Assembly (NCBI GenBank): GCA_964600235.1
Contig: CAZRIV010000010.1
Coordinates: 72,909-136,908 of the forward strand
Reading direction: 5' to 3'
Source: an uncultured Bacteriovoracaceae bacterium
GTDB lineage: Bacteria > Desulfobacterota > Desulfomonilia > UBA1062
DNA length: 64,000 bases
Shown here: positions 54,257 through 64,000 of the stretch, in pieces
Numbering within the stretch: position 1 is the stretch's first letter
Layout of the letters: the number at the start of each line of letters is the position of its first letter
The notes under the pieces: model-generated
The model's database searches: none
What the model was told of the DNA's origin: nothing
The model's input: the letters and a program-made list of their open reading frames with translations, nothing else
Translations under genes and position numbers: made by a program

Positions 54257-56677
54257 ATGCAACTCTTGAGTCCAAGATCCATCCTTGCACAGGTCAAGGG
54301 GATCTCTCTGAGATGGAAGATAAACCTCATGGGGATACTCATCATCCTCATTTTTTCCATCATCATCTATTTCCTCATTCTGCCTTACATGGAAAGAGAA
54401 AAGATCGAGGAGCGTCACGGCAAGCTCAGGGCCGTGGTCAACTCCGCGGTATCCATGATGGACAATTATGAACGGGCGCTGCGCAGAGAGGCCTGGAAGA
54501 AGGATCCCTCCATGCCCAGGACCATGGAGGAAGCCAAGGCAATGATCATAAAGAGCCTTCGCGAGATGCGCTATGACAAGACAGAGTACTTCTTCATCCT
54601 GGACGGCAACGGCAACATGGTCATGCACCCCATGAAGCCGGAGCTCGAGGGAAAGAATATGATCGGGGCGAAGGACCCGAAAGGCAAGGCCCTGTTTCAG
54701 GAAATGGTCTTCAACTCCCAGAGGGACACGGAGACCTTTGTAAGCTATATATGGCAATCCAAGTACAGCCCGGTGATTCTCGAACCCCAGATAACCTATG
54801 CCAGATATTTCTGGCCCTGGGACTGGGTTGTATGCTCCAGTCTGTATACGCAGGATATCGCCGATGCCATGCGTACCATGGCGATACGTTCCACTATCTA
54901 TGTCGTTGCCACGGCCGTCGTCACCATCCTGGCCCTGTTGACCTTGGTCTATCTCGGGCTGTCAAGACCCCTCAGGAAGCTGCTCGCCGGTATCCACGAG
55001 ATCCACAGCGGGAACCTGGACTATCGTATCGATACGGCTTCCCAGGACGAACTCGGGTACATATCACGGGAATTCAACTCCATGATCTCGGAACTGAAAG
55101 GGAGCAGGGACAACCTCATCAGGTCGGAAGGCAAATACCGGGAACTGGCCGATCTGTTGCCGGATATCATCTACGAGAGTGACATGGACCTGAATATCAC
55201 CTACCTCAACAATGCGGGATACTCCCTGACCGGATACACGGAACAGGACATCCAAAACGGTTTATCAATGAGTGATCTCTTAAGCGCTGAAGACCTCAAG
55301 ATATTCCTCGAGAGAGTACAGGATGACAAGTCCCGGAAATTCCTTTCCGTTCATAAGATTATCAGAAAAGACAAGAGCATCATCTTTGGTGAGAACAATG
55401 GCAGCGTGATGTATGAAGGAGAGGTCCCGGTGGGGTTAAGGGGCAGCATCCGAGATGTTACGGATAAGCTCAAGATGGAAGAACAGATCATCCAATCCCA
55501 GAAGATGGAGACCATCGGCACCCTGGCGGGGGGTCTGGCGCACGACTTTAACAATGTCCTGGCAGGCATCACCAGCACGCTGTCCATAATACGCTACGAG
55601 ATGGACAGGGAAAAGAATCTGGACATGAATAAGCTTTCAAAGCATCTCACTACCATGGAGAAAGCCGGCCAGCGAGCCGTGGACATGGTCCAGCAGCTCC
55701 TCACCCTGTCCCGCAGGCGCGAGGCCCAGGTAGCCCCTGTAAACCTGAACTCCACCGTCGAAGATGTCGTGAAGATCTGCACCAATACCTTTGATCGGTG
55801 CATAGACATCAAGATCGAAAAAACACACGAAAAGGCCATGGCCGAAGGAGACCCGACGCAGATCGAGCAGGTGCTCCTGAACCTCTGCGTGAATGCAAGC
55901 CACGCCATGACCATGATGAGGCCAAAGGGGGAGCCATCCGGAGGGAGACTTATCGTCTCCCTGGACAAGATATGCGCCGATGAGGGTTTCTGTTCAGTCC
56001 ACCCCGAATCCAGGAAAACGGATTACTGGAAACTCTCGGTAAGGGATACCGGGGTGGGTATGGACCACAATACTCTCTCGAAGATATTCATCCCCTTCTT
56101 CACCATGAAGGAAAGGGGCACGGGCACCGGGCTCGGTCTGTCCATGGTTTATACCATTGTCCAGCAGCACAATGGGTTCATAGATGTCTACTCGGAGCCG
56201 GGTGTGGGTTCCACCTTCAATGTCTATCTCCCGGTGGCCCACCTGGAAGAGATGGGAGAGGGGCGGAAAATGGAGCCGGAGGTACCCAGGGGCGAGGGGT
56301 TGATACTCGTGATCGATGATGAAGAGGTGCTCCGCAGGACTGCCTTGTACATGCTGGAAAAATGCGGATACGAAGTTATCACCGCAGAAAACGGCGAGGA
56401 GGGGGTAAGGATCTTCAAGGAGCGGCATCATGAAATCCGGGCCGTGCTGACCGACCTTGTCATGCCCAAGAAATCGGGCGAGCAGGTTTACCTGGAGATG
56501 AAGGCGATAAACCCTGAAATCAAGGTGTTGCTGACATCGGGTTTCAAACAGGATGACAGGGTCAACCTCGCCTTGGGCTACGGGATCAGGGGCTTCATCC
56601 AGAAGCCCTATACCCTGGAAAAGCTCTCACAGGCCATGGCGGATTTATTATCTGGTATCTCATGCAGTGCGGGGTGA
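54257..56677 (+). CDS. Hybrid sensor histidine kinase (TM - single Cache - TM - HAMP - PAS - HisKA - HATPase_c - receiver)
   Basis: Periplasmic Cache-like region YFFILDGNGNMVMHPM. H-box HDFNNVLAGI. G-boxes GTGLGLSMVY. C-terminal receiver LILVIDDEE...LTDLVMPKKSG. Confidence 0.8.
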   Translation: MQLLSPRSILAQVKGISLRWKINLMGILIILIFSIIIYFLILPYMEREKIEERHGKLRAVVNSAVSMMDNYERALRREAWKKDPSMPRTMEEAKAMIIKSLREMRYDKTEYFFILDGNGNMVMHPMKPELEGKNMIGAKDPKGKALFQEMVFNSQRDTETFVSYIWQSKYSPVILEPQITYARYFWPWDWVVCSSLYTQDIADAMRTMAIRSTIYVVATAVVTILALLTLVYLGLSRPLRKLLAGIHEIHSGNLDYRIDTASQDELGYISREFNSMISELKGSRDNLIRSEGKYRELADLLPDIIYESDMDLNITYLNNAGYSLTGYTEQDIQNGLSMSDLLSAEDLKIFLERVQDDKSRKFLSVHKIIRKDKSIIFGENNGSVMYEGEVPVGLRGSIRDVTDKLKMEEQIIQSQKMETIGTLAGGLAHDFNNVLAGITSTLSIIRYEMDREKNLDMNKLSKHLTTMEKAGQRAVDMVQQLLTLSRRREAQVAPVNLNSTVEDVVKICTNTFDRCIDIKIEKTHEKAMAEGDPTQIEQVLLNLCVNASHAMTMMRPKGEPSGGRLIVSLDKICADEGFCSVHPESRKTDYWKLSVRDTGVGMDHNTLSKIFIPFFTMKERGTGTGLGLSMVYTIVQQHNGFIDVYSEPGVGSTFNVYLPVAHLEEMGEGRKMEPEVPRGEGLILVIDDEEVLRRTALYMLEKCGYEVITAENGEEGVRIFKERHHEIRAVLTDLVMPKKSGEQVYLEMKAINPEIKVLLTSGFKQDDRVNLALGYGIRGFIQKPYTLEKLSQAMADLLSGISCSAG

Positions 56678-56682
56678 AGGGC

Positions 56683-58410
56683 ATGTTGAAGAAAACGATC
56701 ATCGTCTGCCTCGCTTCGGTGGGCCTCCTCATGGCGGCCCCATCGGGGGAAGGGCCTCAGGGTCAGTCCGAATACACCTTGGACGCCGGGATAGCGAAAT
56801 GGGTGGAGGTGTTTCAGCCTTCCGTGCTCACCTCTGAGCAGCGCCGCTCTGAGATGCAATGGTTCCACGAGGCGTCAAGAGATCTGCAGGGGATCACGGT
56901 ACATTCACTGGCCGAGAACATTGAAACACATTATTACGAAAGCCGTGTGCTTGCGCGGGCCTTCGAGGACATTACGGGCATAAAGGTCATCCATGATATC
57001 ACCCCGGAAGGCAATCTGGTGCCCCAGATCATGGAGCAGATAGAAAAGGGCACGCATCTGTACGATATTTACGTCAATGATGCGGATATGATCGGATGGC
57101 ATCTCAGGACCAGGAAGGTGGTCAATCTCACAGAGTACATGGACTCTGAAGGCAAGAGATACACCGATCCCTATCTCGACCTGGACGACTGGCTGAACCT
57201 CGAGTTCGGCAAGGATTTCGACGGCAATATCCTGCAGCTCCCGGACCAGCAGTTCGCCAACCTCTACTGGTTCAGGTATGACTGGTTCTCACGCGAGGAC
57301 ATACGGCAGCAGTTTAAAAAGAGGTACGGGTACGATCTCGGCGTTCCGGTAAACTGGGAGGCCTATGAAGACATAGCGGAATTTTTCACCACCACGAAGA
57401 TCGACGGCAAGAAGGTTTACGGGCACTTCGATTACGGCAAGCCCTCACCCTCCCTGGGCTGGCGTTTTACGGACGCATGGCTTTCCATCGCCGGGGTCGG
57501 TGACAGGGGACTGCCCAATGGGGTGCCTGTCGACGAGTGGGGCATACGTGTGGAGAACCGGGTCCCGGTCGGATCGAGCGTCACCCGCGGCGGGGAGGTG
57601 AACGGCCCGGCAGCGGTCTATGCATTGAGCAAGTATCTGGAATGGATGAAGAAGTATGCCCCGCCCGAGGCGGTTACCTGGGAATGGCATGAGGCCGGGC
57701 CTCAGTGCGCACGCGGGGACATTGCCCAGCATATCTTTCAGTATATCACCTGGCTTTCCGATCTGAGGTTCCATACACCGGGCAGCCCGGTCTGCGACAA
57801 GAATGGAAAACCCCTCTGGCGTGTCGCCCCGACACCCCATGGACGCTACTGGGATGAAGGCATGAAGGTGGGGTATCAGGACCCGGGCAGCTGGACCATT
57901 CCTGTTGACACGAGAGGGAAACAGCGGGCCGCTGCATGGCTCTGGGCACAGTTCTGTGTCTCGAAGACCGTGGATCTCAAGAGGTTCCTCGTGGGTGGCA
58001 CCATGATCAGGAAATCCACGATCTTTTCCGATTACCTCACGCAGCATATGGATGATTATGGCGGCATCATCGAGTTCTACCGGTCTCCCGAGGAGATCAA
58101 ATGGACCGGCAGCGGCAGGAATGTCCCCTATTACCCGCGCATGGCAGAGATGTGGTGGAAGAACATCGCCAGGGCCATTACGGGCGAGATGACCCCGCAA
58201 CAGGCCATGGACGCCATTGCCCGAGAACAGGACGAGTTCATGGCGTCTCTCAGGATGACGAGATACTCACCGGTGCTGAATTCTCAGATGAGCCCGCAGC
58301 ACCGGCTTTACAGCCATGCGCCCACGGTCTCCCCCAAACCCCCGAGGCCTCCCCGGAAGCCCGTGACCGTGACGTACGAAGAGCTCATAAGACAGTGGAA
58401 GAGTCACTAG
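56683..58410 (+). CDS. Secreted solute-binding-protein-like protein (ABC-type SBP fold, orphan)
   Basis: Signal peptide MLKKTIIVCLASVGLLMAAPS. Trp-rich ~560-aa periplasmic protein with SBP-like segments. GAAGGG SD. Sandwiched between two hybrid kinases; family assignment is tentative. Confidence 0.5.
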   Translation: MLKKTIIVCLASVGLLMAAPSGEGPQGQSEYTLDAGIAKWVEVFQPSVLTSEQRRSEMQWFHEASRDLQGITVHSLAENIETHYYESRVLARAFEDITGIKVIHDITPEGNLVPQIMEQIEKGTHLYDIYVNDADMIGWHLRTRKVVNLTEYMDSEGKRYTDPYLDLDDWLNLEFGKDFDGNILQLPDQQFANLYWFRYDWFSREDIRQQFKKRYGYDLGVPVNWEAYEDIAEFFTTTKIDGKKVYGHFDYGKPSPSLGWRFTDAWLSIAGVGDRGLPNGVPVDEWGIRVENRVPVGSSVTRGGEVNGPAAVYALSKYLEWMKKYAPPEAVTWEWHEAGPQCARGDIAQHIFQYITWLSDLRFHTPGSPVCDKNGKPLWRVAPTPHGRYWDEGMKVGYQDPGSWTIPVDTRGKQRAAAWLWAQFCVSKTVDLKRFLVGGTMIRKSTIFSDYLTQHMDDYGGIIEFYRSPEEIKWTGSGRNVPYYPRMAEMWWKNIARAITGEMTPQQAMDAIAREQDEFMASLRMTRYSPVLNSQMSPQHRLYSHAPTVSPKPPRPPRKPVTVTYEELIRQWKSH

Positions 58411-58652
58411 GGGGACCCTGCAGGACAGGGATGGGTGGGGGCCGGGCAAACGACCGGTCAATAGGCGCGTGCAGGTATGGCGGGCGGGATGTGGTTCATC
58501 CGGACGAACCTTTTTACGTTATGGTCCGTGAGTCCCGTGCCGAAGAGGGTAGAGACGGTGAATATCCCCTGTATACAAGGTGATGCCTCCTAATGGACAA
58601 CACAACAGTGTATGCGGAGCAGGGCTGTACATGCTTTTTGGAGAGTATGTGA

Positions 58653-61600
58653 ATGAAGAATGACTTCCACGACCACGAGAACCCTCGGGAGGTGGAGCGA
58701 CTCCACCAGGAACTGAGATGCCTTCACGAGGTGCAGGAGCAGACCTCCAGAAGCGAAGATCTTTACCGCACCATCTTCGAGACTGCCGGCACCGCCATCA
58801 TCACCATAGACAGCGATACGACCATCAGGCTCGCCAATTCCAATTTCGAGAAACTCTCTGGGTACAGCAAGCTCGAACTCGAAGGCATCATGAAATGGAC
58901 CGTGTTCATTGCAGAAGAAGACCTCGAGCGCATGAAGACATACCATGAGCAGCGCAGGATCGACCAGACACTGGCACCCAGTGAATATGAATTCCGTTTT
59001 GTCGACCGGTCCGGCCGGAAGAAGGATATCCTTTTGAACATCGCCATGATACCGGGGACCCAGCAGAGCGTTGCTTCCTGCATGGATATTACGGCCAGAA
59101 AGAACTTTGAAGAGGCGCTGCGTTTGAGCGAGGAGAATTACCGCAACATCCTTTCGACCATCCAGGAAGTCTATTACGAAGTGGATCTGAAAGGCAATTT
59201 CACCTTCTTCAACCCCATGGCATGGAAGGCCCTGGGCTATGCAGAGGAAGAGCTTACAAACATGAACTTCCGCAAATACATGGACACCGACAATATTCGA
59301 AAGGTGTTCGATGTATATCATAAGGTATACATGTCCGGCGAGTCCGTGACGGCCATGGAGTTCGACGCCATAAAGGCAAACGGTGAGAGGCTGCCGGCAG
59401 AGGCCTCCGTGTCATTACGTAAGGACGCACACGGCGAGGTTATCGGGTTCAAGGGCGTTGTCAGGGATATCAGCCGACGAAAGGAATCCGAGACGGCAAT
59501 GCGCCGGAGCGAGGAGCGCTATCGGCTCATGGCCGAGAACTCATCGGATGTAATCTGGACGCTCTCCCTGGATGGCATGCTTACCTATATAAGCCCCTCA
59601 ATCAAGGCCTTTTCAGGCTACGATCCCGACGAACTCATCGGGAAGGGGATCGATAAAATCCTCACGCCGGAGTCCTGTTCCTTTGTGAATAACACACTCA
59701 TGAGGGAATTGGTGGCCAAGTCCGAGAAGCATGGCCAGGCCGGACGGTTTGAACTGATAATGAAAACCAGGGACGGCACCATCAAGAACATCGAGGTTTC
59801 CACCACCTGGATACTGAATGACAAAAGAGAACCGGTGGGTCTCCAGGGTTCCACCCGCGATATAACCGAGCGCAAGCAGGCCGAAGAGGCCCTGCGCCGG
59901 AGCGAGGAAAAGTACCGCAATATACTTGCGAGCATCCAGGAGGGATATTTCGAGACGGAACTGCAAGGCCACTTCACCTTTTTCAATGACTCCTTCTGCG
60001 CCATGGTAGGATATCCGCCTGAAGAGGTGAAGGGCTGCAGTTACAAGAAATTCGTTGACGAGGAGACGGCCCGCAAGATCTATGATGTCTTTCACAATGT
60101 CTTTCTCACGGGCAAACCGGATAAGGGTTTTGACTGGTTTGTCGTAAGGAAGGAAGGCCTGAAGCTGGACATTGAAAGCTCCGTGACCCTCATGAGAGGA
60201 CCGGAGGGAGAACCCACAGGATTCAGAGGGGTCATGCGCGACGTCACCGAGCGCAAAAAGGTCCAGGAGGCGCTCCGGTTAAGCGAAGAGCGGTTCCGGG
60301 ATCTGGCCGAGCTCCTCCCCGAGACTGTTTATGAAGCAGACCTGGACGGACGGCTGACCTTTGTGAACAAGAGCGGCCTCGAGCGTTTCGGATACAGGGA
60401 AGCCGATATCGTTCAAGGCCTTCAGATGAGAGATGTCATTGCGAGGGACGATCTTCCCGGGATGGAAGTGAGCCTGGGGAAGATGTTCAAGGGCGAAAAG
60501 ACAGGGCTCATGGAATATACCATGGTACGCAAAGACGGGAGTACCTTTCCCGGGCTTGCGCACTCGGCACCCATCCTGCGTGGAGGGGTCGCTGCGGGCA
60601 TCCGCGGCTTCGTCGTGGACATTTCGGACAAAAAGAATCTCGAAGCCCGGCTGCTGAATGCCCAGCGCATGGAGTCCATCGGCACCCTGGCGGGAGGGAT
60701 AGCCCACGACTTCAACAACCTGCTCATGGGCATCCTGGGAAATGTCTCACTGGTGATGATGGGCATGGATGAGACGCATGCCGTCCATGCCCGCATGAAG
60801 AACATCGAGACGTACGTCAAGAGGGCGAGCGACCTTACTCAGCAGCTCCTGGGATTCGCCCGGGGCGGGAAATACGATGTCAGAACCATGGACCTTGGGG
60901 AGTTTATCAGGAAAAGCACGGACATGTTTGCCCGTACGCATAAGGAGATACGGGTGCAGACGCTCATGGGAGACGGGATCTGGCCTGTTGATGCGGACCG
61001 GAACCAGATGGAACAGGTCATGCTCAATCTTTACATGAATGCCCGGCAGGCCATGCCCTCGGGCGGAGACCTGTATGTTGCCGTAGAAAACACGGTACTT
61101 GAAGGCAGCCACGCGTTCTCATGTGAACTGACCCCCGGAAAATATGTGAAGATTACCCTGCGGGATACAGGTATCGGGATGGATCAGGCAACCAAGTCCC
61201 GTGTCTTCGACCCGTTCTTCACCACCAAGGAAATGGGCAGAGGGACAGGACTCGGTCTCGCGTCCGTATATGGGATCGTGAAGAATCATGGCGGGCATAT
61301 CGGAGTGGAGAGCGAGGTCGGGTTGGGAACCGAGTTTTTCATCTACCTGCCGGTCTCCATGAAGAAAGGGGAGAGCGAAGCGTCTTCCCGGAAGGATACA
61401 CTGGAAAGATCCGGCTTCATCCTCCTGGTGGATGACGAAGACATGATCCTGGAAGTGGGCTCGGCCATGCTTGAGAGCATCGGCTATAAGGTGATACAGG
61501 CCAGGGGAGGAAAGGCCGGTATTGAGGAGTTCAGGAAGCGCCACTTTGAGATAGACCTGGTAATCCTTGACATGATCATGCCTGATCTGTCGGGTAGAGA

Positions 61601-61772
61601 GGTCTTCGTCCGCATGAAGGATCTGGATCCAAAGGTGCGGGTTATCCTCGCGAGCGGGTACAACATGGATGAGCAGGCAAAGGAGATCCTTCAGAACGGG
61701 TGCAGGGGCTTTATTCAGAAGCCCTACAGCATCAATGGTCTCTCCGAGAAGGTCAAGGAAGTCATAGGGTAG
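58653..61772 (+). CDS. Multi-PAS hybrid sensor histidine kinase (>=4 PAS/PAC - HisKA - HATPase_c - receiver)
   Basis: Repeated PAS/PAC modules each followed by an RDIT/SERK linker. H-box HDFNNLLMGI. G-boxes GTGLGLASVYG. C-terminal receiver ILLVDDED...ILDMIMPDLSG. GGAGAG SD. Confidence 0.8.
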   Translation: MKNDFHDHENPREVERLHQELRCLHEVQEQTSRSEDLYRTIFETAGTAIITIDSDTTIRLANSNFEKLSGYSKLELEGIMKWTVFIAEEDLERMKTYHEQRRIDQTLAPSEYEFRFVDRSGRKKDILLNIAMIPGTQQSVASCMDITARKNFEEALRLSEENYRNILSTIQEVYYEVDLKGNFTFFNPMAWKALGYAEEELTNMNFRKYMDTDNIRKVFDVYHKVYMSGESVTAMEFDAIKANGERLPAEASVSLRKDAHGEVIGFKGVVRDISRRKESETAMRRSEERYRLMAENSSDVIWTLSLDGMLTYISPSIKAFSGYDPDELIGKGIDKILTPESCSFVNNTLMRELVAKSEKHGQAGRFELIMKTRDGTIKNIEVSTTWILNDKREPVGLQGSTRDITERKQAEEALRRSEEKYRNILASIQEGYFETELQGHFTFFNDSFCAMVGYPPEEVKGCSYKKFVDEETARKIYDVFHNVFLTGKPDKGFDWFVVRKEGLKLDIESSVTLMRGPEGEPTGFRGVMRDVTERKKVQEALRLSEERFRDLAELLPETVYEADLDGRLTFVNKSGLERFGYREADIVQGLQMRDVIARDDLPGMEVSLGKMFKGEKTGLMEYTMVRKDGSTFPGLAHSAPILRGGVAAGIRGFVVDISDKKNLEARLLNAQRMESIGTLAGGIAHDFNNLLMGILGNVSLVMMGMDETHAVHARMKNIETYVKRASDLTQQLLGFARGGKYDVRTMDLGEFIRKSTDMFARTHKEIRVQTLMGDGIWPVDADRNQMEQVMLNLYMNARQAMPSGGDLYVAVENTVLEGSHAFSCELTPGKYVKITLRDTGIGMDQATKSRVFDPFFTTKEMGRGTGLGLASVYGIVKNHGGHIGVESEVGLGTEFFIYLPVSMKKGESEASSRKDTLERSGFILLVDDEDMILEVGSAMLESIGYKVIQARGGKAGIEEFRKRHFEIDLVILDMIMPDLSGREVFVRMKDLDPKVRVILASGYNMDEQAKEILQNGCRGFIQKPYSINGLSEKVKEVIG

Positions 61773-61995
61773 TCAACGAGGCAGCTGGAAAACCCATGGA
61801 AATGACAACAGGGGAGGGCTTGGCGCCCCTTTTCCCTTTTCAGGCACAACAATATTTCTTCATCTGTTCTGGTAAGTTTTAACGTCCTGTAAACAAATAT
61901 ATCCGCCCGTACGTCTGGAAAACATATGAAGGGATGCAGAAATGGGATAGTATATACGTACACTCTTTAAATACTGGTTGCAGGATTCTCTCGAT

Positions 61996-63339
61996 ATGGT
62001 GAAAAATAAACGTCACATGGAGTATGTCCTTCCTATGGAACAGTGGATACAAAGACTTTGGGTTCTGGCAGCGTGTCTTTATCTCATGGTATTGTCCCCC
62101 CTGCCCGTCAGCGGGGCAGAACCGATAAAGCCCGGAGAGACGCTGGACATAGACCGCTGCATAGACATCGCACTGGACAATCACCCCACCATCATGGGCG
62201 CCCAAGGGAACCTCGATGCGAGCAGGAGCAGGGTAAACCAGGCACGGTCGGGTTATTACCCTCAACTCGGCGCGTCATCGAGTTACAGTCGCGTTCACCC
62301 TGGCGGGTCTTCAAGCTCGTGGTCAGGGAGCAGCCACTATGATCAGTACAATGACTCGCTCAACCTCAAAGGGACCATCCTTGATTTCGGCAAGACATCG
62401 GCGGGTGTGGATGTTAAGTCGCTGGACGCCGATGCATCCCGGGCCGACCTTCAGGACGCCACATCCCGGATCGTCCTTGGCGTGAAGCAGGCCTACTACG
62501 GTATTCTCCAGGCAAAGCAGAGCCTGGAAGCCAATGCGGAAGAGGTGGTGCTGTATCAGAAGCACCTGGATCAGGCCAGGAGGTTCTACGAGGTCGGCAT
62601 CAGGCCGAAGATCGATGTGACCAAGGCGGAAGTGGACCTGACCCAGGCGCGGCTCAATCTGCTTAAGGCCGAGAATGGCCTGCGCATCGCGAAGATAACA
62701 TTGAACAATGCCATGGGGTTGCCTCATGCCACCGAGTATGAGGTGGAGAATACGGCAGTCCTTCAGGACTACGCAATTGACCTGGAAACCGCCTTGAAAA
62801 GGGGATACGACGCCCGGCCCGACCTTGCCTCGGCGGCTGCCAAGAGGGAAGCGGCCCTCAGATCCGTCGATCTGGCACGCTCCGGGCACTACCCGGTCCT
62901 CTCCGGCAATGCCGGGTACGGGTGGAGCGGTCAGGACTATCCCTTGGACAAGGAGTGGACCCTCGGGGCCACGCTGGATGTTCCACTGTTCAGTGGTTTT
63001 CTGACCAAATCCCAGGTGGAAGAGGCCAGGGCCAACCTGGAGGTGGCCAAGGCGAACGAGGAGCATATCAGGCAGGGCATACGATTTGATGTGGAGCAGG
63101 CCTATTACAATCTCAAGGACGCACGGGAGGCCATCGTGCTGGCAGAGGTGTCGGTGAGGCAGGCCAGGGAAAACCGTGAACTGGCGCAGGGGCGCTATGC
63201 AGCCGGGGTGGGGAGCTCCATAGAGGTGACCGATGCCCTGGTGAGCGAGATCAGCGCCAAGACCTCCCATATCAATTCCCTGTATTTTTACCGGCTGGCT
63301 ATTGCCGAGATGGAGAAAGCCATGGGGGGCGGCAGATGA
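61996..63339 (+). CDS. TolC-family outer-membrane efflux channel
   Basis: Signal peptide region WVLAACLYLMVLSPLPVSGA and the two-repeat OEP architecture (LDxxRxxxxxA...YYPxL). Start is uncertain (TTG 61978 / ATG 61996 / ATG 62035). Confidence 0.7.
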   Translation: MVKNKRHMEYVLPMEQWIQRLWVLAACLYLMVLSPLPVSGAEPIKPGETLDIDRCIDIALDNHPTIMGAQGNLDASRSRVNQARSGYYPQLGASSSYSRVHPGGSSSSWSGSSHYDQYNDSLNLKGTILDFGKTSAGVDVKSLDADASRADLQDATSRIVLGVKQAYYGILQAKQSLEANAEEVVLYQKHLDQARRFYEVGIRPKIDVTKAEVDLTQARLNLLKAENGLRIAKITLNNAMGLPHATEYEVENTAVLQDYAIDLETALKRGYDARPDLASAAAKREAALRSVDLARSGHYPVLSGNAGYGWSGQDYPLDKEWTLGATLDVPLFSGFLTKSQVEEARANLEVAKANEEHIRQGIRFDVEQAYYNLKDAREAIVLAEVSVRQARENRELAQGRYAAGVGSSIEVTDALVSEISAKTSHINSLYFYRLAIAEMEKAMGGGR

Positions 63340-64000
63340 AAAAAGTTCTCATAGGCGCGGTGCTGATTCTCCTTGTGGCCATGGGGACATGGTATTTTGT
63401 GAAGAAAGAAAACGCAATCCCGCAGTACAAGACGGCAGAGGTCCTCAGGGAAGACCTGGACGCCATGGTCACGGCCACCGGGACCGTGAATGCGGTGAAA
63501 ACCGTGCTTGTGGGGACCCAGGTCTCCGGGACCATCAAGGAACTCTATGCGGACTACAATTCCGAGGTGAAGGTGGGCCAACTCCTGGCCCAGGTCGATC
63601 CTGCAACGATCCAGGCTCAGGTCGATCAGGCCAAGGCCAACCTCCTGAACGCCGAGGCCGGCCTGAGGAAAGCCCAGGCGGCACTGAAGGACGCCAGGCG
63701 TTCTTTCGAACGGAACACCCTGCTCAAGGCGAAGGATTTCATCGCCCAGAGCGACCTGGATGCGTCCGAGACCAGTGTGGAATCGGCTTCGGCACAGCTC
63801 GACTCGGCACAGGCCCAGGTGCTCCAGAACCGGGCCGCCCTGAACCAGGCCGAGACGAACCTGCGCTATACCAGGATACTCTCCCCGGTCGACGGGACGG
63901 TCATATCGCGCAGTGTCGATGTGGGGCAGACGGTTGCCGCGAGCTTCCAGACGCCGACGCTCTTCACCATTGCCGAAGACCTCACCAAGATGCAGATCGA
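63336..64000 (+). CDS. Efflux periplasmic adaptor (membrane-fusion protein, HlyD/MacA family), 3'-truncated by window end
   Basis: Starts ATG 63336 overlapping the TolC-like stop. N-terminal anchor VLIGAVLILLVAM, biotinyl-lipoyl-like motif and long coiled-coil. No stop codon before position 64000. Confidence 0.8.
   Translation, partial: MKKVLIGAVLILLVAMGTWYFVKKENAIPQYKTAEVLREDLDAMVTATGTVNAVKTVLVGTQVSGTIKELYADYNSEVKVGQLLAQVDPATIQAQVDQAKANLLNAEAGLRKAQAALKDARRSFERNTLLKAKDFIAQSDLDASETSVESASAQLDSAQAQVLQNRAALNQAETNLRYTRILSPVDGTVISRSVDVGQTVAASFQTPTLFTIAEDLTKMQI

Noticed and set aside
54080-54757. 225-aa minus-strand ORF spanning the intergenic region upstream of the Cache hybrid kinase
   Set aside because: Half of it is antisense to the kinase N-terminus and the rest is low-complexity. 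It has no SD. The region is better explained as the kinase promoter/leader.
58590-59321. 243-aa minus-strand ORF, plus several 100-160-aa minus ORFs between 59613 and 61544
   Set aside because: All are antisense to the multi-PAS hybrid kinase and carry no domain signatures.
1-64000. CRISPR array, rRNA genes, insertion sequences
   Set aside because: I scanned the intergenic regions for regularly spaced direct repeats and for transposase-like ORFs and found none. The only recurrent element is the two-copy structured repeat near mnmG.

Overview
High-GC (about 58-60%) bacterial chromosomal segment, probably from a Desulfobacterota/deltaproteobacterium-like organism, judged from gene content (hrcA-grpE-dnaK with CIRCE, lnt, lpxH, type IV pilus minor pilins); I cannot assign a taxon from sequence alone. 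About 60 genes are called and the region is densely coding on both strands. Contents in order: (1) type IV pilus minor-pilin/PilY1 cluster (133-3726, minus); (2) TPR protein, PPP-type phosphatase, J-domain protein; (3) signal-transduction locus 7135-12853: a receiver-GGDEF regulator divergent from an HDOD / GAF-PAS hybrid kinase / two receiver proteins / Usp operon with overlapping stop-start codons; (4) engB, aminotransferase, TetR + acyl-CoA synthetase, secreted PepD-like dipeptidase, xseA-xseB, enoyl-CoA hydratase, endonuclease III-like gene, mnmG; (5) two copies of a ~215-bp structured repeat flanking mnmG; (6) operon rlmN / APH-like kinase / PHP (TrpH/RNase AM-like) phosphoesterase / P-loop kinase / TPR lipoprotein; (7) tRNA-Arg(CCG), MoxR-VWA (CoxD/CoxE-like) pair, MBOAT + DltD/AlgJ-like O-acyltransferase pair; (8) corC-lnt-prfB with the classical prfB +1 frameshift site; (9) nitroreductase, TraB-family, lpxH, M23 peptidase, SPFH, TrmH, cNMP-binding protein, wecB (apparently non-canonical start), SPOR protein, argS; (10) hrcA-grpE-dnaK with promoter and CIRCE operator; (11) Cache hybrid kinase / orphan solute-binding protein / multi-PAS hybrid kinase, then a TolC-like outer-membrane channel and the start of a membrane-fusion protein. 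No rRNA, CRISPR array, integrase or transposase was found. The most interesting items are the covarying repeat element, the kinase-PHP-kinase cassette next to rlmN, the sensor-associated orphan binding protein, a receiver protein carrying a His-less HisKA-like domain, and wecB lacking a canonical start codon.
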